A stretch of DNA of 54,548 nucleotides. Origin: Chloroflexota bacterium (lineage in GTDB: Bacteria; Chloroflexota; Anaerolineae; Aggregatilineales; J027). The number at the start of each line of letters is the position of its first letter. Within the stretch, counting starts at the first letter, position 1. This document shows positions 37,575-46,738 of this stretch, one piece after another. Below the pieces are notes generated by a model. It was not told where the DNA came from, made no database searches, and saw nothing but the letters and a program-made list of their open reading frames with translations. Position numbers and translations under genes: made by a program. The stretch spans positions 1 to 54,548 of the forward strand of contig JAADYW010000014.1 in assembly GCA_010092845.1 (NCBI GenBank), read 5' to 3'.

Positions 37575-38360
37575 TTAGAGTCGGTCAATGCTCAATATGT
37601 CGGGGCGGTTGGTGGTGATGCCATCAACCCCCATCCATAACAGGAGGCGCATCAGAGCGAGATTGTCAACGGTCCACACCAGGACCTGATGGCCATCTGA
37701 TTTCAGCTTGCGAAAGCGCCAGGGTGTCATGAGCACGCGTGTCCAGTGGATATTGGCGAAAACGGCGTTCTCCAGGTTATCCTCATCCTTGACATCGAAG
37801 CCGAGACAGCCAATCTGGATGTCAGGGGCGGTGTTTTGGAAGTCTTGAAGCCAGTGGCCGTCAAATGACATAACGATGACCCTTTCCGCTAGCTGGTGGG
37901 CGCGAATCGCCTCCGCGATGCGCATTCCCAGGTCGGGATAGCGTGCTGGCTCTTTGACCTCCATAAGTAGATTTACAGCGGGTGACGCTTCCAGCAACTG
38001 TAGCACCGCGCTCAGTGTTGGGATGTGCTCGCCCGAGAACGTACGCGAAAAATGGCTGCCAGCATCAAGTTGCTGGAGATGGTCGAGCGTCAGCTTGTCC
38101 ACCGTGCCAACACCGTCAGTGGTCCGATTCACCGAACGATCATGCAGGAGTACGGGGATCTGATCCGCCGTTTGGCGGACATCGACTTCCAACCAGGTGG
38201 CTTCGCGCTGTATGGCGTCGTGGAGAGCGGCGAGAGTGTTTTCAGGGGCGTACGCTGACGCGCCGCGGTGGGCGATGATCAGGGGGGCAGCTGGTCGTGT
38301 CTGGCGCGCCCACCAGAGTATCGCTCCCCAGATTAGAAGCGCAAGAAAGACAAGTTGCAT
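37575..38360 (-). CDS. Glycerophosphodiester phosphodiesterase
   Basis: IIAHRGAS..APENTL, EVDV, HD.SVNRTT, VWTVD and GVDGITTNRP motifs. Confidence 0.92.
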   Translation of the reverse strand: MQLVFLALLIWGAILWWARQTRPAAPLIIAHRGASAYAPENTLAALHDAIQREATWLEVDVRQTADQIPVLLHDRSVNRTTDGVGTVDKLTLDHLQQLDAGSHFSRTFSGEHIPTLSAVLQLLEASPAVNLLMEVKEPARYPDLGMRIAEAIRAHQLAERVIVMSFDGHWLQDFQNTAPDIQIGCLGFDVKDEDNLENAVFANIHWTRVLMTPWRFRKLKSDGHQVLVWTVDNLALMRLLLWMGVDGITTNRPDILSIDRL

Positions 38361-38397
38361 AGACTTTGCCGCCTTGAGAAGATGGTTACGAACGAAG

Positions 38398-39654
38398 CTA
38401 CTCGTTGAAGGTGGTGGTGGTGGGCAGCGTGAAGAAGAATGTCGACCCTACTCCCGGGTCACTCTCCAGCCAGATTCTGCCGCCATGTGCCTCAACGATA
38501 CGCTTGGCGATCGCTAGGCCGAGACCAGTGCCCTGAGTGCCCTCCGAGCCGGGCACGCGGAAGAACCGCTCAAACATGCGCTTCTGGTGTTCCTCAGAAA
38601 TCCCCTGGCCGGTGTCACGGACGGAAACCTGTATCCAGTCGATCTCCTCAGCGGACTGCACGGTAACATGGATTTCACCGTTCTCGCGGTTGTATTTGAT
38701 CGCGTTGGTGAGGAAGTTGAGCAACACCTGCTTGATCTTCCCCCGATCGCCGCGTACAGTGGCCGCTTCGCCATGTAGTTCGGTGGAAATGCCTTTCTCG
38801 TCCGCCTGGTGATGGATGATCTCCAGGCTCTCTTTGGCCAGGACTTGCATGTCAAAATCTTCAGTCTCGATCCGGCTACGGCCAGACTCGAGCCGTGCAA
38901 GGTCCAGGAAATCCGTGGCCATGCGGCTCAGTCGTTCGGTTTCACTTTGCATCGTCTGGATGATCTCTGTGCGGCGATCATCGGGAAGGCTTGGCCTCAG
39001 CAAGAGAACAGTGCTGGCTTTCAGCGCCGCCAGGGGGGTGCGCAGCTCATGCACCATCTCAGAGATGAAGTCGCTCTGTTGGAAGAGGCGTGCGTTTTCG
39101 ATGGCGATGGCCGCTTGCGCTGCCAGCGTGCTGAGTGTATCCATATCCTCTTCAGTCCACGGCCGGTCGTCAATTTTGTTGATAGCTTCGACAACACCGA
39201 TAATTCGGCCATGAACTTCCATGGGCACGCCCAACAGGTTGCGGGTGTTGAAGCGCAGAACCTTATCAGCCTGGCTGAACCACCTTTTTTCATTTCGGGT
39301 GTCCTCAACCAGGACCGGCTCCCCCGTTGTCGCGACCCAGCCCGCGAGGCTGCCTTCCATTGGCACGGGTACAGCTGCCATTGCGCCAGGGGACATATTG
39401 GAAGCTGCCTCGAACCTTAGCTCGCCGCTGCTGGGGTCAATCAGCATAATGGAAGCTTCTTCGGTTTGTGTGAGTTCGGTAGCAGCCTTGATGATCTGAT
39501 TGAGGAGGGTGCCTACGTTGAGGGTGGAATTCAACTGGCGACTGATCTCCATCAACCGCTCATAGCGCGCCATCAAGCGCATATACTTACTGGCCGAATC
39601 TGAAGACGGGTCCGTCATGGGGATGTCTGGCCCGCTGCCATTGATGTCAGTCAT
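38398..39654 (-). CDS. Cytoplasmic GAF-domain sensor histidine kinase
   Basis: GAF domain ending AAIAIENARL, H-box HELRTPL, N-box NAIKYN, DTGQG and GTGLGL. The ATG at 39654 overlaps the cobB stop, so the ORF-track 5' extension is unlikely. Confidence 0.92.
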   Translation of the reverse strand: MTDINGSGPDIPMTDPSSDSASKYMRLMARYERLMEISRQLNSTLNVGTLLNQIIKAATELTQTEEASIMLIDPSSGELRFEAASNMSPGAMAAVPVPMEGSLAGWVATTGEPVLVEDTRNEKRWFSQADKVLRFNTRNLLGVPMEVHGRIIGVVEAINKIDDRPWTEEDMDTLSTLAAQAAIAIENARLFQQSDFISEMVHELRTPLAALKASTVLLLRPSLPDDRRTEIIQTMQSETERLSRMATDFLDLARLESGRSRIETEDFDMQVLAKESLEIIHHQADEKGISTELHGEAATVRGDRGKIKQVLLNFLTNAIKYNRENGEIHVTVQSAEEIDWIQVSVRDTGQGISEEHQKRMFERFFRVPGSEGTQGTGLGLAIAKRIVEAHGGRIWLESDPGVGSTFFFTLPTTTTFNE

Positions 39655-40420
39655 TCCGTTCACCTTGTACCAGCTTGACGATCTGTGGCAAAACCTCAGC
39701 CACGTCACCATGAATGACGATATCAGCGATACGGTCATAATCGGTGCTTGCCAGGTTGACCAGGATAAGTTTACCGCCTTTTTCCTTAACCCGCCGTGGC
39801 AAATCAGCAATTGGATAAACCTCAAGCGAAGAGCCCGCAACCAGCATTAAGTCAGCGCGGCGGGTGTCGCGCTCAGCTTTCATAAGGATCTGAGCGGGTA
39901 ACTGCTCGCCAAACAGCACGACATTCGGCTTGAGCACACCCCCGCAGTCCTCGCAACGTGGTATATCATCCAAATGGCTATCCAGCAAAGCCCGTAGAAT
40001 CGGCTCGCCGGGATAGACCTTGAAGCACGAGATACAGGTCGCCTCCCGTATGTGGCCATGTACCTCGTACACAGTTTTCGACCCGGCCCGGGTGTGCAAC
40101 ATATCGATGTTCTGCGTGATGACGCTCTTGATGAAACCGTGCTGCTCAAGTTCAGCCAGGGCATAGTGGGCCGGATTTGGCTCTGTCTCGAGCATCTTCC
40201 TGGCCAGTGGTTTTATCCAGCGATAGAAGGCTTCAGGGCGGTAACGGAATCCTTGCAGACTGGCGACTTCAAATGGATTGACCTGGTGCCACAGACCGGA
40301 TTCGGGGCTGCGAAAATCTGGAATGCCAGAGTGTGTACTACTACCGGCTCCCGTAAGGGCAATAGCGTACTCGGCTCGCATCAACAATCTACTGGCTTCA
40401 ATAAGTAGTTCTGTTGGCAT
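39647..40420 (-). CDS. cobB: NAD-dependent protein deacylase (sirtuin)
   Basis: TGAG.ST.SGIPDFRS, ITQNID.LH, HG..., CISC...CEDC, KPNVVLFGE and GSSL.VYP motifs. Confidence 0.94.
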   Translation of the reverse strand: MPTELLIEASRLLMRAEYAIALTGAGSSTHSGIPDFRSPESGLWHQVNPFEVASLQGFRYRPEAFYRWIKPLARKMLETEPNPAHYALAELEQHGFIKSVITQNIDMLHTRAGSKTVYEVHGHIREATCISCFKVYPGEPILRALLDSHLDDIPRCEDCGGVLKPNVVLFGEQLPAQILMKAERDTRRADLMLVAGSSLEVYPIADLPRRVKEKGGKLILVNLASTDYDRIADIVIHGDVAEVLPQIVKLVQGERND

Positions 40421-40586
40421 TAAGGCCGCCCTGGCTCACTTGCCCAAATTATAGTTGAGTTGCATCGGTCCGTACACAACCTCATACGGCGGTTTCTGAT
40501 ACCTGGATAGGGTTTTGAGTTTGACGTGCTATCAAGGAGTACAAAGAGTATTTAAGTATAGTCATTATTCTGTGTGCCAGACACAC

Positions 40587-41720
40587 CTAACCGGCAGCAT
40601 GTTTATGGAGTTCTTCTACGAGTTTGCTGAACTGCCCTACAACGGCTGAATCTGGCTGGTACTTCACGATGGGTGTACTGGCTTCAGTGGCTTGATAGGC
40701 GAGCTCAGGTACTGGTGAAATGATCGCAGCGATCGTCTTGCCAAGCAGTCGCTCTGCTTCCTGCCAGGCTGTTTGCACACCCGATTGTACGCGATTGATG
40801 ATGACGACGTGGATATTGGCGTCGCTAATGCCAATCTGCTGCAATTCCTGCAACAGGTTACGCGCGAGCGTTAGGCAGACTCGGTTTGGCTCGGCAGTGA
40901 TGATAACATGGTTGGTTTCGCGGACGACGCGCGCCGTCAAGCGGTTGAGGCCCACCCCTAGATCGACAATCACGTTGCTGTTGAACGCCCGGAGACCCTT
41001 CAGCACAGCCAGGACGGCTTCAGGGGTTGGGTTCAGTTGGCTTTCGCGGGGACGCGAGGAGGATAATAAAACGCGCATGCCCGAGTTGTGCTCGACGATC
41101 TCGCGCTGCAGGACTTGCTCATTGATGTCAGCGGCCGAATGTCCCAGTACATTGGCCAATGTGGTATTACGGCCCAGTCCCAGGCTTAATCCCAACGAGC
41201 CCTGCCCCAAACGTAGATCTAACATTGCTGTGGTATCATGAGATGCGAGAAGCGCCCCGATGTTGGTTGCCAGTGTGGTAGTGCCAACACCGCCCTTAGC
41301 GCCCAGGAAAGCATAGGCAATGCCCAGATTTTCGCCGCGCCGTGCTGCTGCACTCCGTGCCAGCACGGCCTTCACACGCGATGCAAGTTCCGCGGGATGC
41401 GTTGGCTTGGTCAGGTAGTCATCGGCCCCGGCTTCGAATCCGGCAACTTTGTCATCAATAAGCGTTTTGGCGGTGAACATGATAATCGGAATACCGCGTG
41501 TCCGCTGGTTTTCGCGGAGCTGACGACAGACTGTGTACCCATCCATGTCGGGCATCATGACATCCAGGATAATCAAATCCGGCTGCTCAGCCACAGCGCG
41601 CTCAATGGCCTGACTGCCAGAGTTTGCCCCGTTGACCTCGTAGCCTTGCCGCTGGAGCATCAGCCCGATGAGTTTCAGGCTGTCAACGTCGTCATCGACG
41701 ACTAAGATTTTGGTAGCCAT
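40587..41720 (-). CDS. Response-regulator receiver fused to a CpaE/TadZ-like MinD-family domain
   Basis: Intact receiver (VDDD, LDVMMP, FTA, KP) followed by a deviant P-loop GAKGGVGTTT. Confidence 0.88.
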   Translation of the reverse strand: MATKILVVDDDVDSLKLIGLMLQRQGYEVNGANSGSQAIERAVAEQPDLIILDVMMPDMDGYTVCRQLRENQRTRGIPIIMFTAKTLIDDKVAGFEAGADDYLTKPTHPAELASRVKAVLARSAAARRGENLGIAYAFLGAKGGVGTTTLATNIGALLASHDTTAMLDLRLGQGSLGLSLGLGRNTTLANVLGHSAADINEQVLQREIVEHNSGMRVLLSSSRPRESQLNPTPEAVLAVLKGLRAFNSNVIVDLGVGLNRLTARVVRETNHVIITAEPNRVCLTLARNLLQELQQIGISDANIHVVIINRVQSGVQTAWQEAERLLGKTIAAIISPVPELAYQATEASTPIVKYQPDSAVVGQFSKLVEELHKHAAG

Positions 41721-41962
41721 AGAGTACTTTTCCGTATGCAATGCTGACGCTAAACTCCGCACAATCCATCCAGTTTCTGGAGTGTTTTCGACCTATTCCT
41801 GAACAGACTTGCGGTAGCCGGCAGTGTATCACGGATAGATCATGCGTGCAACAGCCATTCGCCCCGCACAGTTTTGGCAGAATTCTATGCAAAAACTTAG
41901 AACCAGCAGGGGGTGTCGGAGGTTATAATCAGCAGACCGAAGGGAACGACAAGGACAAAGCA

Positions 41963-42997
41963 GTGAAAATTGATACATACACCACGTCCTCGGTATTTGA
42001 CGAGTTGCAACATGAATGGAATGACTTGCTATCGCAGGCATACAGTGATCGTGTCTTTTTGACGTGCGAATGGCAGTCATCCTGGTGGCAGGCTTACCAG
42101 CCAGGTGACCTCTGGGTTCTGGCCGTGCGTAATGACCAGGGCCAGCTGGTCGGGTTGGCTCCCTGGTTCATCAAGCCGGGCGCGGATGATCTGCGCGTAG
42201 TCCATACCATAGGCTGCGTAGATGTTACCGACTATCTTGAAGTCATCGCGCATAAGGACTGCGAGGCCGAGGTTTTTGCGGCCCTGGCAGAATTCCTCAA
42301 AGCGAACCTGGCCCGCTTTGACAAGATTGACCTGTGCAATATCCCCCAAGCCTCGACGATGTTACAGCATTTCCCGGGGGTGCTTCGGGATCAGGGCTTT
42401 ACGGTAGAGGTGAAGCAACAGGAAGTTTGTCCGGTCATTGATCTACCCCCGAGTTTTGCGGACTATGTCAATGGCCTCGATAAGAAAGACCGCCATGAAC
42501 TACGCCGCAAAATGCGCAAAATCGACGGGATCGGCGAAGGCGTTGAATGGTACATCGTCGGTGAAGAGCATGATCTGAGCAGCGAACTTGAGAATTTCCT
42601 TGACCTCATGCGGTCTGCCAGCCAGGAGAAAGCTGAATTCCTGGGAGATGAGCGCAATCTGCAGTTTTTCCGCGATATCACCTCACGTGCTTATGCGGCG
42701 GGTTGGCTCCAGCTTGCATTCATGATTATCAACAACAAACCTGCTGCGGCCTACCTGAATTTTGACTATCACAACGATATTCTGGTCTATAATTCAGGGC
42801 TCGATCTTGCGGTCGCCTCAAATCTGAGCCCGGGCATTGTGCTGCTAGCCTATCTGATTCGCCACGCAATCGAAAAGGGGCGTAGGCGCTTCGATTTCCT
42901 GCGGGGAGATGAGGAATACAAGTACCGGATGGGTGGCAAGGACACAGATGTCTTCATGTTGTTAGCGACAGTGCCTGAGACTATTCAATCATCCTGA
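41963..42997 (+). CDS. GNAT-fold protein, CelD/BcsL-like
   Basis: EWNDLL...FLT.EW..SWW, LVGLAP, VTDY, YNSG.D....SPG..LL and FDFLRGDEEYKYR motifs; GTG start after an AAGGA RBS. Confidence 0.85.
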   Translation: MKIDTYTTSSVFDELQHEWNDLLSQAYSDRVFLTCEWQSSWWQAYQPGDLWVLAVRNDQGQLVGLAPWFIKPGADDLRVVHTIGCVDVTDYLEVIAHKDCEAEVFAALAEFLKANLARFDKIDLCNIPQASTMLQHFPGVLRDQGFTVEVKQQEVCPVIDLPPSFADYVNGLDKKDRHELRRKMRKIDGIGEGVEWYIVGEEHDLSSELENFLDLMRSASQEKAEFLGDERNLQFFRDITSRAYAAGWLQLAFMIINNKPAAAYLNFDYHNDILVYNSGLDLAVASNLSPGIVLLAYLIRHAIEKGRRRFDFLRGDEEYKYRMGGKDTDVFMLLATVPETIQSS

Positions 42998-43012
42998 GCA
43001 AAAGGTTGCCAC

Positions 43013-44350
43013 ATGCCCGCACAGTTAAAACAACCGCCCGTGAAGCGTATTGCCATGCTGAGCGTCCATACGTCACCGTTAGCCAGGTTAGGGCGCAAGA
43101 AGACCGGCGGTATGAATGTCTACGTTCGCGAAATTGCCCGTGCACTTGGTGCAAACGGAGTTCAGGTCGATGTGTTCACTCGCGTTGCCTCACCTGCGGA
43201 GCGTCATCAGCAGGTTACCGAGATTGCCCCCGATGCGCGGTTGATTTATGTGGCGGCAGGGCCGGCGGCTCCACTCGATCCTTCAGAAATCTACCGCCAT
43301 CTGCCGCAGTTTCGCGATGGCGTGCTGGCTTTTGCCGCCGAGCAGCAACTCGCTTACGAGCTTATCTATAGTCACTATTGGCTGAGCGGCTGGGTTGCAC
43401 TTGCCCTCAAAGCGAGCTGGCAGTTACCTGTCGTGCAGATGTTTCATACCCTGGGCAGAATGAAAGATCGAATTGCTGAGGGCAACTCGTCGCTCGATAC
43501 ACCAACCATTCGCCTCGATGAACGCAATATTCGCGTTGCGGTGGAAACGGAGATTATGAACAAGGTTGATCGGCTGATTGCTGCCACTCCGGCGGAGCAG
43601 ATTCAGATGCTCTGGCTCTACCGGGCTGACCGCCGCAACATTGAGATCGTCCCGCCTGGGGTTACCCTGAACCATTTCCGCCCCATGGATCGCGCTGAGT
43701 CCAGAGCCGCGATTGGCCTGCAGCCAGAGGAGCGGATGCTTCTGTTTGTAGGGCGTATCGAGCCGTTAAAGGGGGTGGAAACTATTTGTCGTGCGCTCAA
43801 TCATCTCTTACCAGAGTGTCCTGACATTCTGGAAAACCTCACCGTACACATTGTTGGAGGGGATCCTGATCGGGAATCACCCGACAATGCTGAGCTACAG
43901 CGCCTACGTGCTTTGTGCCATCAACTTGGTTTGGAGGACATTGTCCGGTTTGTGGGCAGCCGCGAACAATCCGTTTTGCCTTACTATTACAATGCAGCTG
44001 AAGCCTTGATTATGCCCTCAGACTACGAGAGTTTTGGGATGGTAGCCCTGGAGGCGATGGCGTGCGGCACACTGGTCATTGCCTCCCAGGTAGGCGGTCT
44101 GGCGTTCCTGGTGGACGATGACGTGACTGGATTCCATGTGCCGGTGCGGGATCCCGAATCGCTGGCGGAGCGTATTCGGGTGGTGCTCAGGGAGCCGGAG
44201 CGCCGTCAACATATGGCTCAGGCTGCACGCCACGCCGCGGAGAGTTATAGCTGGGATCTCGTTGTTGAACGGCTTTTCGCTGTGTTTAGCGGCGTGTTGC
44301 CCGAGAAACAGCAGCCCCTGGACCTCACGTCGCGGTGCGGCGAAGGCTAG
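43013..44350 (+). CDS. GT4 glycosyltransferase, MshA-like
   Basis: SVHTSPL...TGGMNVYV, SHYWLSG, FHTLG, FVGRIEPLKG and ESFGMVALEAMACG motifs. Confidence 0.88.
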   Translation: MPAQLKQPPVKRIAMLSVHTSPLARLGRKKTGGMNVYVREIARALGANGVQVDVFTRVASPAERHQQVTEIAPDARLIYVAAGPAAPLDPSEIYRHLPQFRDGVLAFAAEQQLAYELIYSHYWLSGWVALALKASWQLPVVQMFHTLGRMKDRIAEGNSSLDTPTIRLDERNIRVAVETEIMNKVDRLIAATPAEQIQMLWLYRADRRNIEIVPPGVTLNHFRPMDRAESRAAIGLQPEERMLLFVGRIEPLKGVETICRALNHLLPECPDILENLTVHIVGGDPDRESPDNAELQRLRALCHQLGLEDIVRFVGSREQSVLPYYYNAAEALIMPSDYESFGMVALEAMACGTLVIASQVGGLAFLVDDDVTGFHVPVRDPESLAERIRVVLREPERRQHMAQAARHAAESYSWDLVVERLFAVFSGVLPEKQQPLDLTSRCGEG

Positions 44351-44676
44351 CCGCCATACGAACGACGCGTATTGATAATCGGTGCAGTCATGTATGGCTC
44401 GCTATTCTGGATCGTGAAAGCGTCTTCCTCAGCGATGCTGCGTTGGCCTTTGTAGTGCAAGACGTCGGTGAAGGCGTCATACCGATAGCGCCGGTTGACC
44501 CAGTTATACTCGGGGTGGTGAAATACAACATTGAACTGGACGGCATCCTCATTCGGAATTGGTTTCTCTTCGACCAGCCAGATTGGGGCATATTGTCGTA
44601 GGTGCTCTTGCACCTTGCGATCTCGCATGTCAAGGATCTGTTGCACGCGTTCCTCGGTTGAGGGTTCCTTGCTCAT
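44347..44676 (-). CDS. Hypothetical 109-aa protein ending in Gly-Gly
   Basis: GGAGG RBS upstream of the ATG, protein-like composition, and it fills the gap between two plus-strand genes. Confidence 0.75.
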   Translation of the reverse strand: MSKEPSTEERVQQILDMRDRKVQEHLRQYAPIWLVEEKPIPNEDAVQFNVVFHHPEYNWVNRRYRYDAFTDVLHYKGQRSIAEEDAFTIQNSEPYMTAPIINTRRSYGG

Positions 44677-44786
44677 AGACTGGTGGCCTCCATTGCCTGA
44701 AAGTCGCGCTTGCCTGTATTGACCACCTATTGTAATCTACCCGGCTAGGAACGTAAACCTCTTTGTGCGTCTAGACTGGAAGAGTC

Positions 44787-46703
44787 GTGCCGCTTCATCC
44801 GTTTGGTGTGGGCAGTTTTCGACCCATATTTCTGTGGGGCGGGCCGGGTACCTATCGTGTGACCCAGCTGTCCTTTCCGCGCGTACCTGTTGACGAAAAG
44901 ACCTTCCTCTTTTCGCATTCCATTGAAGGCGCTGAACGAGTTGCCGCAATGGGCTTCAATTGGGTTTTCCTTGCCTTCCACTGGGGTTTCCCGCCAGAAT
45001 TGGAGGACTCGCATCGTGAGTCATTTCGTGCGGCGGTGCATCACTTTCATCAGGTTGGAGTGAAAGTCATTGGCACGATCCAGACGTCCAATTGCATCGC
45101 ACAGGGAAGCTATGCTGAAAAGGATTGGTACGCCCAAGACACCTACGGCCACAAGATCTACTGCTTCACCGGCCGCTCCTATACATCCCTGTTTCATCCT
45201 GATTGGCTAGCAGAGATCCGCGAACGTATCCGCGAACTCATCGCGACGGGTGCTGATGGCATTTTCTTCGACAATCCATGGATCGGAGGCGTTGGGCATG
45301 ATGTGGCTGAGATGCCGCTTGGTCCTATCGGGAGCCACGACCCGTACACACAAGCAAGCTATGAGCGCAGCTTTGAGGGCGAACGTGTCCCGGTTGCCTT
45401 GAGCACACGCAAGGCGCGCGATCAGCAGTATCTCGAGTGGCGTGCCAGGAGCGCTGCCCAGCAGCTTGGCAAATGGGTAGAGGTGGCCCGCAATCTCAAG
45501 CCGGATACCGTAGTCATAGCCAATAACTTCGCGCCCGTTGCCCGCAATAGCTTCGCCACCATGGGAATGGACCTTAAGGCATTGGCGGCGAATCAAGATG
45601 TCGTTTTCGTGGATGATTTGGCCTGGCCCCGCCTCCAGGAGGATTCATCTGTGGTTGCCAATGCAATAACCCTAGCTGCTAGCATGTCACAAGTCGATCC
45701 GAAGCCTGTGGTATCCAAAACTGCGATCAAAGGCTATGGTTTTGAGCGCATGTGGACGCCCGATGATATCCGGCGTGCGATAGCCGAATCGGTGGCGGTG
45801 AATGCTCCTCTTGTCGTCCAGGGCAGCGGGATCCGGCACCTTGACGAGATTACGCAATTGCTCCATAGTCGGTATCGACCCCAGCACGACGCCCTTGAGG
45901 GTATGAACCACTGGCTTTCCGAACATGCGGACTGGTTGCAAGCCCGGCAGCCTGCCAGTCCGCTTGCTATCTATTACCCTTTCGATGCGGCGCATTGGAA
46001 TTGGAATCAAGTAACCCCGATCTACTTTGCTGCCTGTGAGACACTGTTGCTCAAAGGCTACCCTCTGCGTGTGATTGGGGCCAACGATAGCTGGGAACAC
46101 GTTAAGATTGTGCTGCTTCCGCCCGGCGAGCTGGGTGATGCCCAGGATCGTCTGGCATCCTTTGTCGCCGGTGGTGGGCGTGTCATTGCCTTGGGGCAGA
46201 AGCGTCCCGGCCTTGCCGATCGCACGGTATGGGACGGATGGCGACCGCTCCGTGCGCGCATTCCCCATTGGCGCTGGTTACGGCGACGCCTGAACCAGGG
46301 AGCGACCATCTCCTGGCGCTTCTATCATCGCTATCATGTTGTGCGTTGGTTGGCCAAGCGGCTCAAGGTCCAAGAAGCGATGGTGCATTCGCCAGCGTAT
46401 ATTGTGCCCCCCCAACCCTTCCAGCAGGTGCTCATCGAGGCGATTGGACGTGATTTCTCGCCTCGTGTTGAGAGTGAGTTTCCCGTTTTGTTGACAATGT
46501 GGCAAGAACCGAACGGTCAGAGCCAATGGCATCTGGTAAACTATGCAGAGGCGCCACAAAAGGTCACACTCCAAGTCGGTGATTTGCGGGCCTTTGAGGT
46601 GTTCACGATGGGGAGCAATGCGCTACCAAGCCGAGTAGTCGGCTCCGCCGTGATGTTGACCCTTGGGCTGGGTAAGATTGTCCGTGCCGTCGAATCAGGA
46701 TAA
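44787..46703 (+). CDS. Hypothetical glycoside-hydrolase-like TIM-barrel protein with a class-I GATase-like domain
   Basis: HFHQVGVKVIG...W.AEI....GADGIFFDN barrel motifs, then LAIYYP...VLLPP...LASFVAGGGRVIA and a C-terminal HLVNY. Confidence 0.65.
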   Translation: MPLHPFGVGSFRPIFLWGGPGTYRVTQLSFPRVPVDEKTFLFSHSIEGAERVAAMGFNWVFLAFHWGFPPELEDSHRESFRAAVHHFHQVGVKVIGTIQTSNCIAQGSYAEKDWYAQDTYGHKIYCFTGRSYTSLFHPDWLAEIRERIRELIATGADGIFFDNPWIGGVGHDVAEMPLGPIGSHDPYTQASYERSFEGERVPVALSTRKARDQQYLEWRARSAAQQLGKWVEVARNLKPDTVVIANNFAPVARNSFATMGMDLKALAANQDVVFVDDLAWPRLQEDSSVVANAITLAASMSQVDPKPVVSKTAIKGYGFERMWTPDDIRRAIAESVAVNAPLVVQGSGIRHLDEITQLLHSRYRPQHDALEGMNHWLSEHADWLQARQPASPLAIYYPFDAAHWNWNQVTPIYFAACETLLLKGYPLRVIGANDSWEHVKIVLLPPGELGDAQDRLASFVAGGGRVIALGQKRPGLADRTVWDGWRPLRARIPHWRWLRRRLNQGATISWRFYHRYHVVRWLAKRLKVQEAMVHSPAYIVPPQPFQQVLIEAIGRDFSPRVESEFPVLLTMWQEPNGQSQWHLVNYAEAPQKVTLQVGDLRAFEVFTMGSNALPSRVVGSAVMLTLGLGKIVRAVESG

Positions 46704-46738
46704 TCTCCTCTTTATAAATTGAGAAGTCAGGGGCACTC

